Shown: piece by piece, positions 44,306 to 52,502 of the stretch | Position numbering within the stretch: position 1 is the first letter of the stretch | Layout: every line of letters begins with the position of its first letter | Virus record (IMG/VR): IMGVR_UViG_3300025870_000004 | Coordinates: 28,687 to 92,686 of that record | DNA length: 64,000 bases | DNA from: a virus | Lineage: Duplodnaviria > Caudoviricetes | Reading direction: 5' to 3' (one strand) | Notes under the pieces: generated by a model | Told to the model about the DNA's origin: nothing | What the model saw: the letters and a program-made list of their open reading frames with translations, nothing else | Database searches by the model: none | Position numbers and translations under genes: made by a program

Positions 44306-44330
44306 TCCCCAGAGTTTTTCATATTGTCTT

Positions 44331-44359
44331 ATTATACCCTAAAAGGGCAGAAATGTCAA
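44331..44359 (-). promoter_or_regulatory. Consensus sigma70 promoter for nrdAB
   Basis: TTGACA-17-TATAAT. Confidence 0.9.
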
Positions 44360-44360
44360 A

Positions 44361-44705
44361 TTATTTTTTGCAGTAACCTACACATTTCTGTAACTTCAGA
44401 AATAGTTGGTTTTTGTAATACTCATCATCAGGATGAAAGGTATCGCTTGTGTGTGACAGACCAGCATCAATTTCAAAAGTGTCAGTAAACTTCCACTTAC
44501 CATAAATCATAGAGTTGGTTGACATGTCCTTAATGATATGAACATCGGTATTACTATCACGGCGACTAATACCATCGGCGTCTTCTTCAAACTTGAATCC
44601 CATAATCAAACCAGTGTAGAGACCTTGAAACTCAGCAGCCTCTGTTTTATATACAACACACGATGCTAGAAGCATAGCGGATGCTAATACTAATACTCTA
44701 ATCAA
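44361..44705 (-). CDS. Exported beta-strand-rich protein (lipoprotein or small outer-membrane protein)
   Basis: Signal peptide MIRVLVLASAMLLASC; alternating beta strands; GLSHTSD. Confidence 0.55.
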   Translation of the reverse strand: MIRVLVLASAMLLASCVVYKTEAAEFQGLYTGLIMGFKFEEDADGISRRDSNTDVHIIKDMSTNSMIYGKWKFTDTFEIDAGLSHTSDTFHPDDEYYKNQLFLKLQKCVGYCKK

Positions 44706-45394
44706 AATTTATATCCTAATGTCATATATGTCACGCTATATTCTTCTTCAGCATCGTCAGTGATATACAAGTCTCTTACTTTAAAAGTTGTATTCGTTGA
44801 CAACTGATAACTAACAATCATTTCGTTCTTTGTGAGTTCGTGGACGTTAGACCCATTCTCAAACAAATACTTATTGGTGAATGACCACTTACTATCTGGA
44901 TGTTTGTATCTCACCCAAGTAGAGTTGCGCCATACCAACTCACTATATTCTTCTGTTCCCATCTGGGTCAATGTAAGTTCGTGAGACATCTTCCATCTAT
45001 CATTGCGGAAGAACTTCCAGCCCCAACCAACACCAGTGTGTGGACGGAACTCACCAATATCACGATTAGCATTATGATTGAAACCAAAGTTTGCGATACC
45101 ATAATGTGTAGGTGTGAAGTTTAGAATGAATTCATATTCACCATCAGCACGATTAGTAAGGTCTTCACCACCTACTTGTGTCTTGTATAGATTGGTCTCT
45201 GTCTCAACTTGAAAGTCTTTGCCTTCAGGTTCCCAGTTCCATTTCTGATGAACATTCAGGTTCTTGGTATTACTATCTTCAACCTTATATCCAATATCAA
45301 GTGAGCCTTTGGTTTTACTCTCTGCTTCAAAGGGGAATATAATTACACAGCCTGCGATGAGTGTCGCTAATGCTAAAACAACTAGTCTCTTCAT
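44702..45394 (-). CDS. Outer-membrane beta-barrel protein (DUF481/YdiY-like)
   Basis: Signal peptide; GVGWGWKFF; C-terminal beta-signal MTLGYKF. Confidence 0.75.
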   Translation of the reverse strand: MKRLVVLALATLIAGCVIIFPFEAESKTKGSLDIGYKVEDSNTKNLNVHQKWNWEPEGKDFQVETETNLYKTQVGGEDLTNRADGEYEFILNFTPTHYGIANFGFNHNANRDIGEFRPHTGVGWGWKFFRNDRWKMSHELTLTQMGTEEYSELVWRNSTWVRYKHPDSKWSFTNKYLFENGSNVHELTKNEMIVSYQLSTNTTFKVRDLYITDDAEEEYSVTYMTLGYKF

Positions 45395-45852
45395 TTTTTA
45401 CGTCCTTTATCGATAGCACGAGAACCGAACCAGAATGAAATGATAGCAGCAAAGATTGCTTTTGTATCATCATCCCATAATACATTAAGTGACTCAGAGA
45501 TAGACTTCCCCTGACCCATTGCTTCTCTTAGAAGGGTAATTTCAATAACAACGAACAATCCAAAGAAGCAGTAAGTAATGACGGGTCGAACACTCTTTTG
45601 CAAACTGGCGACAAATCCAGTTCCCTGATTAATTGAGATATCATGTTGAACCAATCTTGCATGTTCACTGTCATCTGCCTTGGTTTCATACATTCGATAC
45701 TCTTGGTCAAAACCAGCAGCTCTTAGTTCTGCCATCTTCTCCATTTTCGCGAGTTCAAATTTCTGTTCGTTCTTTGCTTTGAAGTGGTCTGTGATTGCGG
45801 GAACAATTGAACCGCCGAATCCTAACGCACTTCCTAAAATACCACTTAACAT
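45391..45852 (-). CDS. Holin-like membrane protein (3TM holin-like)
   Basis: SVRPVITY, hydrophobic helices, IISFWFGSR. Confidence 0.65.
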   Translation of the reverse strand: MLSGILGSALGFGGSIVPAITDHFKAKNEQKFELAKMEKMAELRAAGFDQEYRMYETKADDSEHARLVQHDISINQGTGFVASLQKSVRPVITYCFFGLFVVIEITLLREAMGQGKSISESLNVLWDDDTKAIFAAIISFWFGSRAIDKGRKK

Positions 45853-46031
45853 TATCTACTCCACCTTTTTTGACTGTCCTCACGTTTATCTATAAATCGT
45901 TTAAGGACTTCGATATCTTTCTTGCGCTTCTTCTTCATGTGAACAGGAACAATCTTATCATCCCCTGCGCCTGCCACTGAAGTTGTTGATGTGCTTGGCA
46001 CATCTTCCATGAATTTCTTAAAGTTCTTCAT
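45852..46031 (-). CDS. Small basic protein with a capsid-targeting-like N-terminus
   Basis: MKNFKKFMEDVP; ATGA overlap. Confidence 0.6.
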   Translation of the reverse strand: MKNFKKFMEDVPSTSTTSVAGAGDDKIVPVHMKKKRKKDIEVLKRFIDKREDSQKRWSR

Positions 46032-46627
46032 CGGGTAATCTCCCCTGTGGTGAAATACACCCATTGCTTTGAATTCATGTGAATACCTTTGTATATATCG
46101 ATACCAAGAATAGAATCAATAGGTTTGGCATCGGTCTCCACAACTCTGATTTGGTCGCCCTTTCGAACAATCTCTTCACACTGAACTGTCATTCCATCAT
46201 TCTTAATACGATAGATACCAGCGCCCAACTCCTTATCATCTAGGACAAACCACTGTGAGTCTTCTGCAAGAACATCAAGGATGTCAATACCTGTTGCATC
46301 GTGTATCTGCATCAATTGTTTATCAGACAGTTCACCGTGTTCACGAATAAGTGCCAGTGCTGAACCATACCTTGCGATTGCAGATTGTCCGCCTGGCACT
46401 TTTGCCATGATTTTTTTTATATTCACAACAAGTCTAATGAACGGTGTGTAGTGTGTTCTCAATGCATCACGGTTGTCTGCAACGTTCTGGTCGAAGTCTT
46501 TGACTTTCTTACCATCTGCATCGATAATGCCAGCCTTATACGCCCCTAACTTGTCGAATGGGGTGACGAGAAGTTTAAGGAATCTAATCGTAAATACGAG
46601 GTCGGCTGCTGATTTTAAAATACCCAT
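46028..46627 (-). CDS. Hypothetical late protein
   Basis: DLVFTIRFLKLLVTPF....AYK.GIID..G...YTPFIRLV.NIK. Confidence 0.7.
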   Translation of the reverse strand: MGILKSAADLVFTIRFLKLLVTPFDKLGAYKAGIIDADGKKVKDFDQNVADNRDALRTHYTPFIRLVVNIKKIMAKVPGGQSAIARYGSALALIREHGELSDKQLMQIHDATGIDILDVLAEDSQWFVLDDKELGAGIYRIKNDGMTVQCEEIVRKGDQIRVVETDAKPIDSILGIDIYKGIHMNSKQWVYFTTGEITR

Positions 46628-46632
46628 AGTTC

Positions 46633-46640
46633 TATTTATA
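46633..46640 (-). promoter_or_regulatory. T4-type late promoter TATAAATA
   Basis: Exact match 5 nt before the ATG at 46627. Confidence 0.8.
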
Positions 46641-46992
46641 TCTTTCTGAGTCTCTCAACGACTAATTTATCCATCTCAATATTAGTATATTCGGTATTTT
46701 TTATGGTCTTTAGAAAGATAAGGAACGGTTTGAGTGTTGGCCAATGGTCGAGTTCGACTTTGAGTTCGAGGATATCTAGTCCTGCCTCATTTCCAAATAC
46801 ATTAAAAATTACTATGAGATGGTTCAGTATGAGTCTCTCAGATAACTCACCTGAAGTTTTGTATCGATTGAGGAGTCTCTTGATATACTTAAATCTCTTT
46901 AAGTCTTCAAAAAACTCCTCGCTATCAATACACTTTGGATTGTAGTAATGCTTTGCTGCAAATACTATTAAGTTGTCTTTTGTCAGTTGCAT
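46636..46992 (-). CDS. Hypothetical protein of T4-like phages
   Basis: FAAKHY.NP.C...EEF.EDLKRFKYIKRL...LILNHLI...NVFG. Confidence 0.75.
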   Translation of the reverse strand: MQLTKDNLIVFAAKHYYNPKCIDSEEFFEDLKRFKYIKRLLNRYKTSGELSERLILNHLIVIFNVFGNEAGLDILELKVELDHWPTLKPFLIFLKTIKNTEYTNIEMDKLVVERLRKI

Positions 46993-47028
46993 TATAAAAA
47001 ATCCAGATAAAGAGTAATATACCCTTAT

Positions 47029-47355
47029 CTAGTCTTTTAATAGGCCTGACATTCTCTCCACGAGAGTAGACTTTTTCTCTCTACGGTCAAGTTCTACGCC
47101 ATGTTGGCGACCCAGTGCTTCGAGTTCTACCTTTGACATCTCATCAAGTGACTTATCACCAACAGGTGCTTCGGTCAATGTTTGGACATTAACAGGAACT
47201 TCAACTTGTTCTACAACTGGTTTGACACCAAAGAACTCATCGATTTGTTCTTGGGTGAAACCACCAGATGCATACAACTCACCAGTGTTAGGGTCTTCCC
47301 ATCCACGGGCAGTAGGAATGGCGTTCTTACACCATGCAGGGGCTTTAATAGACAT
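47029..47355 (-). CDS. Protein with a C-terminal Rho-N/HeH-like motif
   Basis: LDEMSKVELEALGRQHGVELDRR.KK..L. Confidence 0.6.
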   Translation of the reverse strand: MSIKAPAWCKNAIPTARGWEDPNTGELYASGGFTQEQIDEFFGVKPVVEQVEVPVNVQTLTEAPVGDKSLDEMSKVELEALGRQHGVELDRREKKSTLVERMSGLLKD

Positions 47356-48476
47356 TAGCAATCATCCTTTTTATCATATCCACGGCGTCTCGCCATGCGT
47401 TCCAGAAACTTCTTGGCTTCTGTAGTTCTTGCGTCATGTGGGTTCTTTTCTTTTTGACCCAGTTCTTGTCTCAACTCACTCATTGTCTTACCAGACAAAA
47501 CGTCACGAGCCATGTCAACCAGAGAGACTGAACCCGCTCTTGCATCCATATCAACATCTTCTTTGACAGGTGCTTCGGTTGACTTGACAACCTGTGTGTC
47601 ACCAGCAGGATTGTCCTGTGGGCGTTTACCAGATTTTGCTTTGGTTGCTTGACCAGCTTTGAAAGTCTTATCGTGACCGTCTTCTTCGTTGTCTTCGATT
47701 TTCTTGTCAGACTTCTTGTGAGCGTTTGCAAACTCTTTGGACTTAGGAGATTCCTTGTCCATGATTTCTTCTGGTTTGGTTGCATTTGATTTCTGTTGCT
47801 TCGCAGCAGTCTCAATCATGTTCAACAACTCATCTGTTGCTTCACCGATTTTGGAAATCTCTGCTGTTTTCTCACCGTCATTACCGACAACTTTTTTCTT
47901 TTTCTTATCGTCTTTTGCTGGTGCTTCTCCACCTTCTTCATCGTCCATTGCTTTACCGATTGCTTTACGGCGTTTGTGCAGGAACTTGTCAGATGAATCA
48001 ACATCACCATCGTTGTCGATGTCTTTGTCTTTACGGTCTTTGAATTTCTTCTTAGCGGCTTTAGGGTCTGCTTTGTCAAGACCTTCGCCGTCATCTTCTT
48101 GGTCGTTAGAAGCATCTTCTTGTTTCTTCTTATATGCTTCTACATCAGCAGGGTTACACTTGCCTTCGTGTGCTTTACCACACGACTCGCACATTGCGCC
48201 TTCTTCGAGGGTGTCTTCGTCTGTTTCTACTGATTCAGCAGGAACAACTTTAACGCCCGACATAAACTTTTTGTCGTTTGTAAATCTGTTAGCGATACGC
48301 ATCTTTTTGAAAGCCTTGGCAATTGCCTCTTTCTCAGAACGCGCTCTGATGGTTGCACCACCTTCGCCTTTAATATTTACTTGAAATAATTCTGTTCCCT
48401 CTTCGAGAACTTCTACTGTGGGATTAACAACGGAATTCCATGCTTCACCCATTTTCTTGATATCTTGCTTATTCAT
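47355..48476 (-). CDS. Highly charged late protein with an EF-hand-like loop and multiple (I/L/V)xE sites
   Basis: DKDIDNDGDVDSSD..L..RRKAI; VLEEG, TLEEG, VKED. Confidence 0.65.
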   Translation of the reverse strand: MNKQDIKKMGEAWNSVVNPTVEVLEEGTELFQVNIKGEGGATIRARSEKEAIAKAFKKMRIANRFTNDKKFMSGVKVVPAESVETDEDTLEEGAMCESCGKAHEGKCNPADVEAYKKKQEDASNDQEDDGEGLDKADPKAAKKKFKDRKDKDIDNDGDVDSSDKFLHKRRKAIGKAMDDEEGGEAPAKDDKKKKKVVGNDGEKTAEISKIGEATDELLNMIETAAKQQKSNATKPEEIMDKESPKSKEFANAHKKSDKKIEDNEEDGHDKTFKAGQATKAKSGKRPQDNPAGDTQVVKSTEAPVKEDVDMDARAGSVSLVDMARDVLSGKTMSELRQELGQKEKNPHDARTTEAKKFLERMARRRGYDKKDDC

Positions 48477-48487
48477 TGGTATCTCCG

Positions 48488-48802
48488 TTACATCCACATA
48501 AATTTAACCAGCCCAGCTATCATGGCTGCACTGATAAGGTATACTACTTTGTTAATGATTGCGACAGTGTGAGCGTTCTCGTCCACTTTCTTCTCAATCT
48601 CGTCTAGTTTTTTAGAAAATTTATTCATACGCTCGAAACTATTTTGGTTATTACGTTCAACTGAAATGAGTTTTTCTTCTACACGGGCAACAGCAATCAT
48701 CGCGTCAGCAAGTTTGTCAATCTTTTGTTCAAGACGGTCAAACCTTACTGCGGAATCTGCTTCAATCCGAGAAAGTCTCTCTAGTTGTGTTTCTTTAGCC
48801 AT
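48488..48802 (-). CDS. Coiled-coil protein with a C-terminal transmembrane helix (XhlA/spanin-like)
   Basis: RLEQKIDKL....I..ARVEEK followed by a C-terminal TM segment. Confidence 0.6.
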   Translation of the reverse strand: MAKETQLERLSRIEADSAVRFDRLEQKIDKLADAMIAVARVEEKLISVERNNQNSFERMNKFSKKLDEIEKKVDENAHTVAIINKVVYLISAAMIAGLVKFMWM

Positions 48803-48812
48803 TTTATTCCCA

Positions 48813-49508
48813 TTAAACTATAGTGTTATTTATAAGTTTTTTGTTGTTGACTCGATACTTATCTATTTTTAATATCCATTCGTCCATCATATAATCGTCA
48901 AATTCTAGATAATCTATCAGTCCATTAAGTGCAAAGTCACAACGAACTCTACTTTTATGGAACAATTCACATGGGTCAATTTCAATATAGTCATGTCCAC
49001 TTGGAATCATATCCTTATATAGTATCGTCAGTTCTTGACAAGACTTCCAAGGTTGATACCAGAACTTATCAGCATCAAACCCTTGCTTTAGCATCCATTC
49101 ACCCAAATCATTTCGTGCTGGGTTATCTACAGAGCCTAGACCAAGTTTCACTCTTGCGAGTTGGTCTATGTATTTGACACTATTCTCTGAACGTGGTTGT
49201 AACAGAATCGTCTTTGTTTCTGCCCAATCATTCCAAAGGTAGTTCTGGTAATACTCTCTATGAACATGAAAACCATACCCGTGGTCTAGTCGTATGTTCC
49301 AGAGGTTGTCGTCCCAATCTTTGCCCGATATGGGTTGACTACCATCCATATAGTGGGTTGAGATTTTATCGTTTCTTTCTAAAAACCATCTCTCAACCGA
49401 CTCATCATGTTCCACCTTCTTTGTAACAACATCCTTATGTTGTGTCAGAAGACTTCCTAGAAACTCACCACCACCGCCACCGCGATAGAGAACATTAATT
49501 AACTTCAT
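48813..49508 (-). CDS. P-loop/sulfotransferase-fold hypothetical protein
   Basis: VLYRGGGGGEFL..LL N-terminus. Confidence 0.45.
   Translation of the reverse strand: MKLINVLYRGGGGGEFLGSLLTQHKDVVTKKVEHDESVERWFLERNDKISTHYMDGSQPISGKDWDDNLWNIRLDHGYGFHVHREYYQNYLWNDWAETKTILLQPRSENSVKYIDQLARVKLGLGSVDNPARNDLGEWMLKQGFDADKFWYQPWKSCQELTILYKDMIPSGHDYIEIDPCELFHKSRVRCDFALNGLIDYLEFDDYMMDEWILKIDKYRVNNKKLINNTIV
48827..48834 (-). promoter_or_regulatory. T4-type late promoter TATAAATA
   Basis: Exact match about 25 nt upstream of the ATG at 48802. Confidence 0.75.
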
Positions 49509-49773
49509 CCCAAATCTTCAGTCTCAAGTCTCCCTCACCTTTGATGATTCTGTGATAGACCATCTTAGGTATGTGATACAATCGACCCTTCTCCATAACC
49601 ATAGGCAACTCATTATCCAGTTGCAATTTCCAGTTATCACCATCGAGAACAGTAACCTCACGATTACAGGAGTCACGATGCCATATCAAATCCATTTCAC
49701 TAACATCTTCTCCAAAGGTTCTGACTCGTTCTGTTTTGTCTGAACTGAAGATGTCCTTATAGGGGTTTACCAA
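49495..49773 (-). CDS. Small cupin-like protein
   Basis: WHRD..R...W..Q.DN.LP....IPK..YHR.IKG. Confidence 0.7.
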   Translation of the reverse strand: MVNPYKDIFSSDKTERVRTFGEDVSEMDLIWHRDSCNREVTVLDGDNWKLQLDNELPMVMEKGRLYHIPKMVYHRIIKGEGDLRLKIWDEVN

Positions 49774-50300
49774 AAGAAGCTTCCGCCTCCAGACAGACCA
49801 AGTTGTTTCGCATATCTAGGCAAACGACATGCCCAGTATCCGGCCTTTGTCTTATCTGTTTTGTTTGCACAGTCGTGACGGGCAGCGAATGATTTACGCG
49901 CCTTCGGGTCATTGAGTTTAACTTTCAGACCTGTGGTATCACCCCAAGATACTTTCTTGATGTTACCACTTGATGGGTCTTTGACATATACATAATACTT
50001 CTTCGGCCCACCAGCTTTTGGTTTATTGAGTTCTGGTTGTTTTTTCTCTTCTTCAAAGATGCAGTCCAGCGCAACATTCTCACCACGCCATTGTGCAAAC
50101 TCACCAAGATTAGACTCGATGATATCCAAGTCTGCGGCATCTACTTCTAGATTACCAGCGTGATATTGTTCCCGTGCCTCACGGAAGTATTCGTAATATC
50201 TTTCCGACCCGACACGAAAGATGTTATTTTCAATAAGAGAGGAACAAGTGCCACAGCACTCAGGTGTTCCGCAGTTTGTATGTTCGTCAAATCTTTTCAT
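49767..50300 (-). CDS. Hypothetical late protein (DUF6321-like C-terminus)
   Basis: MKRFDEH-CGTPECCGTC...KKY.VYVK...KKV.WGD...ARKSFAARH.C...AGYWAC. Confidence 0.7.
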   Translation of the reverse strand: MKRFDEHTNCGTPECCGTCSSLIENNIFRVGSERYYEYFREAREQYHAGNLEVDAADLDIIESNLGEFAQWRGENVALDCIFEEEKKQPELNKPKAGGPKKYYVYVKDPSSGNIKKVSWGDTTGLKVKLNDPKARKSFAARHDCANKTDKTKAGYWACRLPRYAKQLGLSGGGSFFW

Positions 50301-51052
50301 TAGTCGTTATCCACCAGTATTAAATCGAATGTTCCACCGATACTTATATTACCAGTATCTAGATTCTTACCACGAAGTTCAACATCAGTCTTCGCAGGAA
50401 TCTCGATAGGAACAGGAAAATCAACGACAACACTATTACGATATACTTCAATGAGTTGTTTCACTGAAAACACTGAATCTGCATTAGAACTACGAGTGAA
50501 AAAACCAACCATTGCGGCTTTGTTGTCTTTAGTTGATGTTGTTTGCATACGAATCAAATATCCTGTCTTACCAGCAGGAATAGTGTATGCTGCTTGAAGT
50601 GTTTGATTATCAAATTCAGGGTCAATACGGCCAAGTTCGTTGCCACCTATTGTCGCGGTGATAATTCCTTCTCCACCGTCAGATGAACCAGCGGTTTCAA
50701 CTTTCATACGAAACAAACGAAGGAAAGACTTTGTGGATGTTACATTAGTTGTTCCATTAAGTGTAACTGTTTCAGTAATCTGATTGTAGTCGCCATCTAG
50801 TCCCTGAAGACTTACCGTTCTTGCACCAGTGTCGCCGTCATCATCATTTGCATCTGTAGACACAACTGTTACAACACCAGCGGTTGTGGGGTATGTGAAG
50901 TTAGCAGAACCGACTGCAATGACTTCAAATGTGGTTGGCACTTGGTCATTGAAACCGAATTTGTTAATGTGTGAAATCGAAGCCATACCGCCACGAGCGA
51001 TGTGAACGCCCTCACCGATTACTCCGTCTCCGAGATAGTGCGACTTTGACAT
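50300..51052 (-). CDS. Probable virion structural beta-rich protein
   Basis: INKFGFN, S....D...TGAR.V...GLD..Y....E.V.LNG, YTIPAG.T.Y. Confidence 0.6.
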   Translation of the reverse strand: MSKSHYLGDGVIGEGVHIARGGMASISHINKFGFNDQVPTTFEVIAVGSANFTYPTTAGVVTVVSTDANDDDGDTGARTVSLQGLDGDYNQITETVTLNGTTNVTSTKSFLRLFRMKVETAGSSDGGEGIITATIGGNELGRIDPEFDNQTLQAAYTIPAGKTGYLIRMQTTSTKDNKAAMVGFFTRSSNADSVFSVKQLIEVYRNSVVVDFPVPIEIPAKTDVELRGKNLDTGNISIGGTFDLILVDND

Positions 51053-51054
51053 TT

Positions 51055-52269
51055 CTATCTACCCAAGATTTTCTTGATGTCAGCAAGTGACTTGATTGAG
51101 TTTTGGAACTTCTCTTTGTCTATTGGCTTCTGAAGACGATTGAACTTAGCGAGAACATTCTGTGCTGTTGCACGGTCAATCTTGCCTTTACCTTTTTCAA
51201 ACTCAATGTTCGCTCCAGTAGGTAGGTCAGATGCTTTACGCAACTGCATGATGATGTTCTTTGATGCAGACTTGCGGTCATCATCAGATGCCTCAGTATC
51301 TTTGTCTTTCTTAGTCGTTGCCATACCACGGGTTGCACTGCGAGACTTCATGCCTTTCATTGCATCACGATATGCACGAGACTCCTTGACAGTTTTATTT
51401 TTCTTCACCAAAGATTTTAATTTTGTTTTTAGTTTTTCAAATGATGTTGGTTTTGCGTTTCTTATTATCTTTAATGCATTATTTAATTTTTCTTTATCAA
51501 TAGAGTCAAGTTTATATTGTTTATTTTTTTGGATTTTTCTTTTTAGTCGGTCAATATCATTTTTAGCGGTCTTTAATTCACTTTCACTCCCCTTGATTAC
51601 TCCCAACTCCATTCCTACTGTCGTTATAAAAGTCAGTGCGACAGCACCGAACATAGCAAAATTAAGTGCGAGAAGAACTTCACCAACACCCTCATCGAGT
51701 GACTCTTCAACGGCTTCGACTTTGACTTTGTTTCTCGTAATTTTAGACATTGCCATGACACCATCAGCGTCATACTTGTCGAGAACCTTATCAAGCATCT
51801 TACCTTTTGGCATTGAGTTGATGGTTGCGAGTTTTTTAATCTTGCCGATACCAACCGATTTGTATACAACAAAAGTATCTTTTGCCTCTTCAATCTGAGT
51901 CATACCATCATCGTCTTTCATGATTTCTCTACGAAGTTTTTTCGCATCAACACCATCAACTTCGATTTCCAAATACGGGTCTTTACGGGTCGGTTTATTC
52001 ATAGACTTAACCTTACCACGAAGTTTCTTAATGACTGTCTGGAAGTATTTGAGGTCTCTTTGATAGTCTTCGCCTGGTTCATACTCTCTATAGATAGACG
52101 CTTCTTCAATAGATTCTTTCTTAGGCATCAATGCTTTAATCGTTTTGACATCAAGTTTCATCTTCTTGGCAATCTGTTGTGCGGACATACCACGTTCAAT
52201 GTAACCGTGCAGTTCTTTCATGCGACCTTCGTTCAGAGTCTTTTCTGTGAGTTCTTTAAAAGTTTTCAT
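51055..52269 (-). CDS. Modular internal-head-like protein with a capsid-targeting-like N-terminus
   Basis: MKTFKELTE; unrelated segments separated by LNE/IEE/IEE/LDE/VKE. Confidence 0.65.
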   Translation of the reverse strand: MKTFKELTEKTLNEGRMKELHGYIERGMSAQQIAKKMKLDVKTIKALMPKKESIEEASIYREYEPGEDYQRDLKYFQTVIKKLRGKVKSMNKPTRKDPYLEIEVDGVDAKKLRREIMKDDDGMTQIEEAKDTFVVYKSVGIGKIKKLATINSMPKGKMLDKVLDKYDADGVMAMSKITRNKVKVEAVEESLDEGVGEVLLALNFAMFGAVALTFITTVGMELGVIKGSESELKTAKNDIDRLKRKIQKNKQYKLDSIDKEKLNNALKIIRNAKPTSFEKLKTKLKSLVKKNKTVKESRAYRDAMKGMKSRSATRGMATTKKDKDTEASDDDRKSASKNIIMQLRKASDLPTGANIEFEKGKGKIDRATAQNVLAKFNRLQKPIDKEKFQNSIKSLADIKKILGR

Positions 52270-52502
52270 TACGCTAAATCCTTATCGTGGTTCAGACCAC
52301 CCTTTTTCTTTTTGACTATAAATGCATTGACCCGTGCGTATCCCCACTGTGATGGAGTAGTGCCTGGTCTGTGTCCAGTTTTCCATGCGGCGACACCACG
52401 GTCATAGACCTTCTTCAGTGTGCCATATGAGATACCAGACTTATCCGATTTCTTTGTGAGTGCTTTATCTGCCTCAGTGATGAATTGACTAAACTTAATC
52501 AT
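52269..52502 (-). CDS. Small protein (DUF5824-like) with a capsid-targeting-like N-terminus
   Basis: MIKFSQFITEA...LKKVYDRG.AAWKTGHRPG.TP.QWGYARV. Confidence 0.7.
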   Translation of the reverse strand: MIKFSQFITEADKALTKKSDKSGISYGTLKKVYDRGVAAWKTGHRPGTTPSQWGYARVNAFIVKKKKGGLNHDKDLA

